Positions 26,621 through 38,950 of a stretch of DNA of 64,000 nucleotides are shown piece after piece. The first letter of the stretch is position 1; the number at the start of each line of letters is the position of its first letter. The DNA is from the human T2T-CHM13v2.0 reference genome, Homo sapiens, in NCBI RefSeq assembly GCF_009914755.1, contig NC_060929.1. One strand, 5' to 3'. Made by a program: the position numbers and the translations under genes. The notes under the pieces are model-generated. The model was not told where the DNA came from. It saw only the letters and a list, made by a program, of their open reading frames with translations, and did no database searches.

Positions 26621-26839
26621 ACAATGGCATTTGGGGTGTTTCAGGTTATCCCTCAGAAACAGAATAGAGCTCCCACTCAAAATTTGTTGTTTTATATTGA
26701 GACTGATGGCACCGCACACACATCAAGAGGGTGTGGAAAGGTTTATTACTCACATAATGAAGCTTTCTGGGGAAAACAATGTAGCCCTCCCAACCTGGGC
26801 TGAAAATGGCTTGAGAGAACAAGAAAAAGAGACTGGCTC

Positions 26840-28030
26840 CCTCCCCCAACACAGTTAGCATTTATTTGTGGGGAGAAAACTTAAAATCTACTCTCTTAGC
26901 AATTTTCTAGTATATAACATATCTTTATTAACTATAGCCACCATGTTGTACAATGGATCTCTTGAACTTGTTCCTCCTATCTAACTGAAATTTACATCTT
27001 TTGATCAACATCTCCCTATCCCCCAACACCAGCAGCCCCTGGCAACTGCCATTCTACTCTCTGCTTCTATGAGTTAAACATTTTTAGGTTCCACATGTAA
27101 GTGAGATTGTGTAGTATTTTTCTTTCTGTACTTGGCTTATTTCACTTAGCATAATGTCCTCCATGTTGTCACAAATGGCAGAATTTCCTTATTAAAGCTG
27201 AATAGTATTCCATTGTGTGTGATATATATATATATTTCACATTTCTTTTTTTGTTTTAATTTATTTTTTTTATTATGCTTTAAGTTTTAGGGTACATGTG
27301 CACAATGTGCAGGTTTGTTACATAGGTATATATGTGCCATGTTGGTTTGCCGCACCCATCAACTCATCATTTACATTAGGTATTTCTCCTAATGCTATCC
27401 CTCCCCCAGCCCCCCACCCCCCGACAGGCCCTGGTGTGTGATGTTCCTGCCCTGTGTCCATGTGTTCTCGTTATTCACCTCCCACCTATGAGTGAGAACA
27501 TGCGGTGTTTGGTTTTATGTCCTTGTGATAGTTTGCTTAGAATGATGGTTTCCAGCTTCATCCATGTCCCTGCAGAGGACGTGGACATTTGGGTTGGTTG
27601 ATTGATGGACATTTGGGTTGGTTCCAAATCTTTGCTATTGTGAATAGTGCCGCAATAAACATACGTGTGCATGTGTCTTTATAGTAGCATGATTTATAAT
27701 CCTTTGGGTATATACCCAGTAATGGGATTGCTGGGTCAAATGGTATTTTTAGATCTAGATCCTTGAGGAGTCGCCACACTGTCTTCCACAATGGCTGATA
27801 TATCTCACATTTTCTTTACCCATTCTCTTTATGGACACTTAGATTGCTTCCATATCTTGGCTATTATTAATATTGCTGCTATGAACATGGGAGTGCAGAT
27901 CTATCTTCAACATACTAATTTCATTTCCTACAGCTATATTCCTAGCAGTGGGATTGCTGAATCATAGGGTAGTTCTATTTTTATTTTTTTGAGGAACCTC
28001 CATACTCTTTTCCATAATGGCTGTGCTAGC
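26840..28030 (-). mobile_element. L1MA 3' region containing a nested L1PA
   Basis: CTTAAAATCTACTCTCTTAGCAATTTT, CCATTCTACTCTCTGCTTCTATGAGTT, TTTTGAGGAACCTCCATACT. Confidence 0.85.
27245..27797 (-). mobile_element. L1PA 3' end, 5'-truncated
   Basis: TTTAAGTTTTAGGGTACATGTGCACAATGTGCAGG; approximate TSD ATATAT(T/C)TCACATTT at ~27230-27244 and ~27798-27812; ORF 27558-27791 resembles the L1 ORF2 C-terminus. Confidence 0.92.
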
Positions 28031-28226
28031 TTGGAGTTTTTGTGGTGGTCAGAGGGTGGGGTCAGAGTGAGGGCTCCTGTTTGTAGTTTGAACTTTCTGC
28101 TGGTACCAAAGAAGGGAATGAACGCCTTGTATCAGTTTGCATAGATGCAAGGAAGAAGAGGAAAATAGAGAGATGAGGCTTATGAGCTGTCAGCAAACAT
28201 TAACGAGTGAAGTCAGATTATTACAT

Positions 28227-29000
28227 TGGGTCTTTGGGAATTAGAATCAATCAACTTTGAAAGGTCTGAGTATTACTTATCCCCTAGTGCACACTTCTTT
28301 TGGAAGAAGGTTTGAAAAAAATTCAGCACATTTTTTTTGACTATGTTGCAAGGTCCATTCTCAAGAGGACCATGTCTTCTCTTTGGCCAAGGAACTCTGG
28401 ATCTGGCTTAGGTCTGAGAACTGGATAAGTCAGTTTTCTCACCTTTATTTAGCTTTCTACCCATCCATTCTTAAGCTATTTTGTGTTATGTACACTGAAA
28501 TATTATATAAATAATATTTTAGCAGGGAACCTATTTTATTTCTAAGGACATCATGGCCAGTTAGCCATAGCAAAGATCTTTGCAGACTAGGTCGCTCTAA
28601 TTACTACTTTTTCCTGCTGTTCATTGTAGTGATTTTACTCACTTTTTTTCTGGTGGGTCAGTGCTGCTAAGTAGCCCTTTCACCCTGGGGTCTCATCATC
28701 ACAGCTTTTGTCAGGAGCCAGTCTCAACAGTGATGTCTCCCACTATCATCCCCAGCCTGCGGAGGGCAACCTCCACCACAGAACTTTTTAAGGATGCTGC
28801 TGCTCACTTTTCTGATGTATTTCTTGACATCACAGTGAAGGAAAGCCTTCTAAGGTATAAGGAACGGGGATGGATGTGTAGTCTGAATGTGATAAATCCA
28901 TTTCTTAAGTTTTTGGATTCTTCCAATGATGCTAGAGAGTTCTAGCTTCTTGACTTAATTAACCGTAGGTCATGATAATTTTTTAGTTAACTAACCAAAA
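28227..29000 (-). mobile_element. ERVL-class internal (gag-side) remnant
   Basis: Colinear continuation of the pol remnant beyond the LTR/L1 insertions; degraded. Confidence 0.45.
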
Positions 29001-29099
29001 AAATGATTATAGCCACTTCTCAGCTGCTTGAACTAAAAAATGAAGTTCAGAATTTCCAGAAAGTGTACTCATATCAATAAATTCAATGTAATCCGTTAA

Positions 29100-29620
29100 A
29101 AATCAACATATGAAATTACAATTTCAAAACAGTACAATCCATACACTTTAAGTATATGGATCAAGGACTTTTGAAATTTATACAATAATTTTTCTTGTGT
29201 TCACTTATAGTTAATCTCCCTAACTCCCTACCTCCAGGCAACTACTGATCTAACTTTCATCATGATAGGTTAGTTTTGCCTGTTCTAGAATTTCATTTAA
29301 ATGAAATCATATAGTATGATTATTATTATTTGCTAAGTAAAAGGTTTCTTTTACTTAGCATAATGTTGTCTTTTTCAATAGTTCATTCCTTTTTATTATT
29401 GAGTAGTGTTCCATTGCACGGATATACCACAGCTTGTATATCCATTCACTAGTTGATAGACATTTGGGTTTTTCCCAGCTTTTGTATATTCTGAATAATG
29501 CTGCTGTGAACATTCGTTTTCAGTTTTCATGGACATATGTTTTCATTTCTCTGGACCAAATACTAGAATAGAATTGTTGGGTTATATGGTCAGTACATAT
29601 CTGAATGTTTAAGAAACTCA
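29100..29620 (-). mobile_element. L1MB/ME 3' remnant
   Basis: CCAGGCAACTACTGATCT, GTTTTGCCTGTTCTAGAATTTCAT, TATCCATTCACTAGTTGATAGACATTTGGGTT. Confidence 0.8.
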
Positions 29621-32600
29621 AACTTAATCTAATATTATCTTCTATTCTCCTTGGTCTAAGACATTTAGAATTCATTTTCAAATATATTCCTCTGGTTTCT
29701 GCAAAAATATATTAGCAAAATCTTGCAATTTTGGGGAAATATATGTGATCTCCTGGGTCACACCTTCCCTGAAGTTTGCTGGGATCTGTCTGTAACTATA
29801 GGTGTAGAAGTACTAAGAGGTGTTGGGGTGAAGAATTGATAACTTCCTAAGGTGAGTTGAATGAATATTACCTTAGGCCAAGGAGAACAGCAAAAATGGA
29901 GTGAAAACTAAGGGCAGAAAGCATAGACTACAGAATGCTACTATAGATGGGTACACCCCACCACCTCTACTCTCAAAGATGACCTGGTCTCCTACTTCTA
30001 TGAGGAATGATCTCATATAAAAAAATCTACTCCTCGGTTTTCATCTTAATTTCTTTGTGGAATCTAAGCACCCTTGATGCCTTTTCTCCTAAACTTTTCT
30101 CCATTTTTGCCTTTCATGGATTAATCTGTTCTGCCCCTTTGACTAGCTTTTCTTGTCATTTTACCCTTAGATACTGAATTTATCCCAGAGTTTCACACTA
30201 GAACTTCTTTACTTTGTATGCATCTACACCCAGACTTAATAAGCATTTAAACATGAAATGGTTTGTAAAAATATAATTCTTCCTGTTTCAGCTTTTTACT
30301 GAGGCTCCAGATTTCAAGAGCAAAATAAAAGCTGCCAAATAGAAGTGCTAGACAACCTATTCTGGGTATGCTAAAAAATTATGAAGTTTTTTTTTTTCTC
30401 TCCCGCTTTTAGTGATTACCTTTTCCCAGCCTTCAAGAGAATGGAGTTTGAGGTGTTGGAGCAGAATTTCCTTGGAGACAGTAGAGGGAGTGCTCCCAAA
30501 TTTCCCACCCCATTGTGGTGCTAGAGGTTCAAACTTTCTCCTTTTTTTTTGCCTCAGACCAAATGGGGTGGTTTGCCGTGTGACCAATATAATGGAATGT
30601 TAAGAATACAGAGTTTTCTTAAAATGATGTAGTATTCAAAGTAGAAAGGTATTATAAATGCAGAAGGTTGCTATGTCTGGTAGTGAGTGAAATGTTTTTG
30701 TTGTGTCATAGATGCCCTTTTTGTTTATAGGTCACTACAAAAGCTAAAATAGCTTGCCCTTTTTTTTAAAAAAATGTAAGAGCACAACCTTTTCCTTGGT
30801 GGTGTGTGAAATGATTGGTAAAGTTCATTAGATTGGCATACAAGTTGATGCACACACTGTGCCATTTTCCGTAAGTCATTTACAAATGTTTTGCTCTGTG
30901 GTTTTTATTTAGTATACAGAATAATATGAAAGTGAAATGAGTGGTTTTTCTGTTTTCCTCTTTACCGCTTCTTTTGGAGAAGATCTGTAGCTTCATTTCA
31001 CCACTGTAAGTGGGGCTATTAACATTTACTACATTTAAATACTTTCTAAAACAATTAAGGTTTTTAAGAAACATATAGCTGTATAGACACAGAGCATTAG
31101 ACATCTATGGCAAGCCTTGAATTCTCATTCTCTCTTTGAATCTACGAAAATCTTTTGAGCTGCCAAATATAAAGAGGGACACTTAGGTTTTTTTTTCATT
31201 TTTGTGATAAATCTTGGAATTGATTTTAATTTTTTGTAGCACACAATATTTTAGATTGATGTGGAATCACATTCACTTAAAATCATACAGTGATTTGTGG
31301 AAGGTAACATTTGTTGTTTAAGGATTACATTCCATGATCAGAGAAACTTTGGAGTGAAAGATTTGTCCTGAACATTATTCAGTTAAAAAAATTGATTGTC
31401 AACATTTCATAAACTATTCTAAGTTTTCCTCTTTTCTTAAAGATGACCCAGCAACGTTGAGTCAGCTTTACTATGTGTTGAGTTGGTAGAAACTGCCCCT
31501 TTTAGTCAAAGCTTGTTTTCTCTGAGTTCCCATAGTCTTCACATGGATTCAGCCCTCTGCCTTTTTACTGTCAGCCTAGAACCCGTAGGCATTTGAGATT
31601 TTGGCTCCTGGAGTGCCTAGTTCTGAACAAGACATAGTACTAGTAGACATTTTCAAGTTCTGTTTTTTAGAGCCATTATTTTCCCTTATATTTGTTTGCT
31701 CCTACTGAAAAATTCTTTCAAACTTTAATTGAAAATTTAGTGTAATTTTTCTTATATTGTAATTTGCTTGTGGTTTTAAAATGTTCAGTTCTGAAAAATA
31801 ATATATGAAATTCAAGTGATGATTAATTTTACTGTTTAAGTACTTTGAGTATAAAGAATGAGAAAGACATTTCTAATGTATTTTTTAATTAGTACAAAAT
31901 GAATGCAAATAAAAATGGCAAGAATTGTAGAGTGTACATATTCATGATACATACTATTTGCAATGATGCCTGTACCAGGGTTGCTACTTAGAATTCTAGA
32001 CATTTGAGAGATAAATAATTGGAAAGAACCTGATTCTTATCCAAAATATTTGTATATATAATTTAAACATTATGAATGTATACTGAATTTGTAACGTTAT
32101 AACTGGATTGAAATATATGTATAGTCTTTATTTCAAGTATTTAAATCTAAAATCAATAGATTGATTTTTGTAGTCCTCCTGAAAATGTGGACGGTCTCTA
32201 TTTGTACTCAGGCCTAAGTAAATTTGCCCCTGATTTAAAAAAAATCATTTTGTTCTTTTAATATTTATGATCTTTAAACTATTCTGTTCCTTTCTGAAAG
32301 CAAAGATAATTTGTTTAAGCATGTATCTATGCCAAATTTTAAACAACTATGCTATATCATAAAATTATTTTTAAGCATGTGTAATTTCTTTCAGAGGAAA
32401 TTATATCTCTGTAAATCATACAAATTACTTCATTGAATATTGTTGTCAAACACAGAGCATTAAATCATGTTTGATTTCTTTCTCTCAGAGTTTAATACAA
32501 GGACATGTTTTTTAGTCAGGGTGAATGGAGAAGAGAGGGTAAAATAACATGAAGGCCCTGCAAACCCTTACTTGCAAACCCAAAGGGGAAAACCCATTGA

Positions 32601-33254
32601 ATCGACTATTATTTGGTCAGATCTTCTCTTATGGAGAATTCCTACTCCTCTCTTACTCCCTTCTAGAATAAAGGCAACATGACAGGAAAGTGTAGCCAAT
32701 ATATAACGAAGTGCTCAATACCCAATGCTGCTCTTTTGTAAAGACTGCAAAGTGAGCAACTAACTGTATGATGTGCTAAGTGTTGCCAGATGAAAAGCTA
32801 GGGAAATGTAATTTTTGTTTTGGGCACTCTCTTTTTCTTTGTCTTTCTTTATTCTAGTCCCAGTTCTGTCTGACTCTTAGGTATTTTTCTCCTTGCTTTT
32901 ACAGGCATACATCTTGGGCTCTGGATCAGCTTCACACTGACTATTCACTGACTATGAAATGACTTTTGGTGCCGTGATTGACTATCATAGAAAGTCATTG
33001 GGAGGTGTAGATTCAAAGAAACCTCAGTGAATTCCTTGACTACTTACACCAGAATGTCAGTGTTGTAAGGAAAATCATAGTAACCCAGTACAAACACTAG
33101 AAACATTGAAAGTATTTGATCCCTCATGCCACAATTCTTTGTTTGCACTCCAAGCATTTATTACCCCACTGGTTTAATTTTATTTAAATTAATACATGTG
33201 CTTCCCTATTTTGGGATATTTTGTCCCAAGTTTTCTTGGGACAGGAACTATGTC

Positions 33255-33470
33255 TTCAGAGGCAACATAGTGTAGCAATTAGGAGCTAGTAATTAGCATA
33301 TTCTAGAGACAGACTGCTTAGATCTGAATCCTTGTCTACCATTAACTAGCTGAGTGATTTTGGGCAAGTGACTTCACCACTCTGTGTTTCAATCTCAAAG
33401 AGTGGTTGTGAAAACTAGATAGATAAATATGTGCAAGATGTTCATATGGGCTCCTAGCTAATAGCAAACA
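33255..33470 (+). mobile_element. MIR inside an L2 3' remnant (~33170-33585)
   Basis: AGAGGCAACATAGTGTAGCAATTAGGAGC...ACTAGCTGAGTGATTTTGGGCAAGTGACTTCACCACTCTGTG. Confidence 0.7.
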
Positions 33471-34209
33471 TGTGTGCCTCTTTGCAATTCTATCATTGAT
33501 CTTTGTGGCCTCTGCACCTAGTGTGGTACCTAACATTGAGTAGGTTACAAAAAACGTTATTGAAATAAATTGAGGAAATGAATGCAGATCTGTGTAAAAA
33601 GCAAGAATTTTACCATTAAGAGACTCTAAAAGTTAGACCATTTAATTTTCCTCCTTTCCTTTCCTGGCTCTCCTTCTTGCTCTTGCTTTATAGAGAGACA
33701 GTTTTGCAAATCCCAGGTTCTGGTGCTTCATAAACTTTCATTGTATAGCCTCTCCCCAGAAAATGTTATCTTTCTGTAATATTAACTCTCATCCTCTAAA
33801 CATGTAACGCTGAAGTTGGAGCCAATTGTATTGGGTTGAATTATCTGTCCTTCACATCAGTTTCGAAAGCTAAAATAAAGGTGGGGGAAGAGTAGTAGCT
33901 GATTTCTAATTCTAAAAATTCTGTGATTTTAAAATATCTTTTCATATCCAGACCCATATTCCCAACAGACAGTTAAGACTTTTATACTTTATATTTCAAC
34001 TGAATTTATCATTTTCCCACTCAAATGACCATCTTTGGTGTTTCCTTCTGTTGTTCTCTTATCATCCTCACTTGGAAACTTGTAATGGCCTACTAACTGA
34101 TTTACTTGCCACATGTTTCTCTCTTCTGCAGTTTGTCTTCCACATCAGACATTGCCAGAGATGCACTGCCAGAGTTAGTGTAAAACACATATCTGATTAT
34201 GTTGAGTTT

Positions 34210-34530
<321 letters not shown>

Positions 34531-36954
34531 TGTGTTGAGTTTTTAAAATCACTTGCCATTGCTGAGAAATACAAACTTTTCAACTTGAAATCTCAACCCC
34601 CTTCATCTCATTCTGTCCTAATATATTGTACTATTATTCATTCATTTACTTATTAAATCAGAAAATATATACTAAGTACCTAGAAGAATGTATCATGAAT
34701 TATGGTAGGCATATAAATGAATGAGAGACATAATTTATTAGACATAAGTTCTAATCCTTGAAGAACATACAATCCAGTGACACAGCCTATAATCCAATAG
34801 GTAGAATATGGTGATGGGTGCTGTGCAAGAAGAAGGAGGGAAGAAGGAAGCTGAGTGTGCAGCAAAGACACCTGCAGGGACACATAGAACCAGGCATTTG
34901 CTGAAGGACACCTGGATTGCACAACCAGCGGCTAACTTGCATGAAAAAACATTCTAGGTAAGTTCCATAAAGGATCCCAAAAGGGGTGCCAAGAAATGTC
35001 ATAGATCTGCTCGGGGACTGAGTTTTGCCTTCCCAGGTATAAAAAGAGTGGACATCTAGGTGGACTAAAATCAGAGCTTTGAAGGGCAGATGGAATAGAC
35101 TGGGTATGAGGTTCTTTGAAGGCAGACATTGAAGTGGTATCATGATGTCTGGGCTGGCATGGAAGGAAGTGAAACCGTAGAAACTGGCATGATGAGCTGG
35201 AGAGAAGGATGTAGTCAAGGGATCTGGAATGTCTTTATCTTACGCTGTACTTGTCCCTGGGTCTCTCCATTTCTCATGCTGTAGCCAGATATTTCCCAAA
35301 TATAATGTCTGCCTTCTCCACAGTTTTGGTCAAAATGCTTCCTTTTCCTGGAATATTCTTTCCTCCTGGAATCTCTGTTAAAGCCAAGTCATATCCCTGC
35401 TAAAAAATGTCTACCTCTTCTAAGAAACTTCTGGCTTTAGAGTTATGTACTTTATACCTTTCCTCATAAGATATATGTCTTATATTTTATTTTTATTCAA
35501 CTCTGTCTTTGGTAGGTTTATTTATTCAAGTAGTTGCTTCCCCCTTTAGATCATAGGTTCCTGGTGGGTAGAAACTTGGCTTATTTGTCTTTATTGGTGC
35601 CATAGTTTTTAGCAGTGCTTAGTACAAGTGATATTCAATGAGTAGCTACTGTATGCCAGACCCTATACCACACAGTGTGTAAAGAAAATAATTAATTAAT
35701 AATTAATATGGGGTTATCTATTTATATTTTTAAGCTTCCCAAATCATTTTTTCCCTGACAGAGCAGACTGTGGATATCTCTTAAATAATCTTGCCACTGC
35801 ACTGATGACATTCCACCACTGCCTTACCTCTAATGAAAAAAGCCTCATATATAGATAAATAACCCCAGTACGAGTAATATCTATTCAGTTCCTTCTCACA
35901 GATTAACGATTAATTTAAATTCAACCATAGATTGAATTTGGACTTTCTTTTGCCTAGAAAATAGTTACCTCGCCCAGCAAGTGCTTTAGCTGTTATTTAT
36001 GCTAAAGCAGAAGAAATGACAATGTATATTGTGTGAAAATTATTTATGAGCTATGAATACAAATTAACTTTATTTTTAGACATAAAGAAAAACACTCTGG
36101 AGTAAAAATGGTGAAATAGAATTTTTATACTGTTATGATTTATAAGACTGTTGATTTGATGACTAAAAAGATAAGATATAAAATAATTTTCTTTAAAATA
36201 ATTTTAATTTTCATACTGAGCCTAACACTCCAAACTATAAATTATCATATTAATTGCAGAATCTCCTACTTTCATTTGCACATTATTTACATGCAAACCA
36301 GTTAACTATGGGATAACAAGAGTGTACCTTGAATGAAGTTCAATTTTAAGGAAGGTATTTTGCAGAAGAGAACTTTTTTCTTTTATTTGTACACACTTTT
36401 GTAAGAAGTGAAGATATTGAAACATTTTAATCTATTTTTCAATAAAGGAGAGTTCTCCATTACCATTTTATCTCAGGATAAAGTAATTTCAAATTATGGT
36501 AAATTAGTTTTATGGTTAATATTAAGTTTTATGGACTAGCGGTTTATAAGGAGATTTAAAATTTTCACTATTGCTATTCTAATACTTTAGTTATTCGGCA
36601 TGTGGGGTGTTTTATTAACTGATCTTTTTGGTTTCTTGACTTTTTAAATTCAGCAGTGAAATGCCCCAAATATTAGAACTTTTTTTGACCTTTGTCTCAA
36701 CTAGTTATTTTCAGAAAGAGATGTTATCAATTGTAAATCTACCATTAGCACTAACCAATCAACAGTGGGGTCAGTCTACTCTGAGTAAGACTTCATAGAC
36801 AGACGAGTTGAAAGCTATCATTGATGTTAGCCAAACAGAAAAAAAAATCAGTAATTTCATTCCTCAAATACATAAACCTTAAAATATTAGTATCTTATGA
36901 AAAATAGTGTTTAAAAATTGAAAAGCTAAAATATACTTATTTAGCAAAAATTCC

Positions 36955-37105
36955 TAATACAATTTGCTGCTCTTGTCACAAAAAAGTATAAAACTGTATG
37001 AGGTGATAGGTACATTAATGTGCTTCATATTTTACTATCTGTTTTACTATCTACATGTCTCCTATAAAACCATGTTGTAAACCTCAAATATACACAATAA
37101 AATTT
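36955..37105 (+). mobile_element. L1MA extreme 3' end
   Basis: GCTCTTGTCACAAAAAAGT...TGAGGTGATAGGTA...ACCTCAAATATACACAATAAAATT. Confidence 0.65.
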
Positions 37106-38739
37106 ACCTAACATTTTAAAATCAAACATAATTCTTAAAATCAACAAAACAGAAATTACTTAATATTGGAGAGGTCTCTATGTTGCTTAATACACGCTGA
37201 AAAAAAAGCTGACGGGCCACTAATTAAATAAAACTTGGTTATCTTAATCAGAACAATGCTATAAAATAATTTTAGTAGACTTGTCTTTCAGAAAGTTACC
37301 ACCTTTGCCTTATCCTGTTATGACTCTTTAACACAAGCAACCTCTGTAAAAGTGGCTCATAAAAGGCTTCAGAAAAGCAACTTTAGAGGGTAGAACTATT
37401 CTCTCAGTATCTAGATTGAACTTCTTGGCTGAACAGCAATGATTGCCTTGGGACAGCATTTCGTTAGCATGTCCTGAAACTTGTAACCTAATACAAAAGT
37501 CAAACATGGCACTACTGGGTCATGTACCCATTGTTAATTGAGGTTGATATTGGTGAAGGATGTTCCTATATATCAAAGAAAAGTTTCTTTAATGATATGA
37601 TTTTCCAGATTGTCAGACTGTCATAGTAAGAATCTAATGAATTTAGAAATTTGGCTCTTTTGAACTCCAAGATCCCATCCATTATATCTATTCTATTATT
37701 TGTTTCTGATCAATTGCTTCAACTCTGTAAGATTAGAGAGTTCTCTTCCCCTCCCTGTTCCCTTATAAATAAATAAATTTTGAAAGGGACATAATTCATT
37801 TCTACCTAATCTTGCTAAAAATGAAATATGAGGATTTTATATATGTATGAAGTTTTATCTATTTTACATGTAGGATTGGTTTTTGTTTTTTAAAGAAATA
37901 TTTTGAAAGGACACTGAGGTACATAAATGAAACACACAAGCTTCAGGAATGGAAGGTTAAGGCAGTTCCTGGATGTTTAGCAAAGGAAGTATATGGACTT
38001 TCCTTTAGCCCTTCCATTTACACAACTGTGCCTCTCAACTGTGCTCCTCAGTTTCTGTGTCCTGCAGTTCAGGTTCTCTAGGGAAAATATGATTGCCTTG
38101 CTTGGATCAGTAATCTACCTACTACTGTCCAATTAGCTCTGATAGAGAGAACAGGCTAGAAAAATGGCTGAAGGAAGAGGAGGGGCTGTTCTCAAAGAAG
38201 GATATGAGCTGGAGGCAATAAAAGGTGCCTACTATCAGTCACTTGAGCAATTTTAACACTTTTTTCCTTATTCCTCATGTTTGGTTGATGTATGAGCTTG
38301 AAATAGAACTTTTAACTACGTTACTAGTAGTCATTAGCTATCACTACTATTTATTTCAAAAAATACTATTTACATTTATTGTGTAGAAGGAAAATATACA
38401 AATTATTTAAAAGTGCATATATCAATACTTATATTGGCTCTTAGAAAATATAAACCCTTTAGTTTTTATTTTTTATAAAGGCAATTAAAATAACATTCTT
38501 AAATCTCAGATTAAATGTATTATATTATTAGTACTGATTTTATTTTTATTTCACATATAACTATTTTTTGGCATCTAAGATAAGAGATTTGAGGCTGAAT
38601 TGATGTTAACTTGTAAGCCTGAAGACGTAACCTGGTATTTAAGTTATAATTTACCTACTTCTGAAACTTATCTTTTACTCTTCTGCATCAAACTGAATTA
38701 AACACTGCCTTACTTGAGTTCTAGCATTATAGAATGAGG

Positions 38740-38950
38740 CAGTGTCTAATTCAGTTTGAGGCAGAGGAGTAAAAGTGAGTGTAGAACTCAAGTAAGGCCT
38801 CGGCCAAGGCACTTACCATCTGTGGGTCTCAGCCTTTTCATCAGAATCATAAGAGTTAATATCTGCCCTTCCTCACTCACAAGACTATTATGACAATAAT
38901 AAGAGATCCTGTATGAGAAGGCAGTTTGTGAACCATGAAATGCTACGTGA
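38740..38950 (+). mobile_element. MIR remnant
   Basis: GGCCAAGGCACTTACCATCTGTGGGTCTCAGCCTTTTCATC. Confidence 0.55.

Larger units (their letters stand above)
26650..28226 (-). mobile_element. ERVL-class LTR (MER54/MER74/MER76-like) split by an L1MA; halves at ~26650-26838 and ~28031-28226
   Basis: CACACACATCAAGAGGGTGTGGAAAGGTTTATTACTCACATAATGA on the left; GAGACTGGCT rejoins TGGAGTTTTTGTGGTGG on the right; ends ATTATTACA. Confidence 0.55.
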
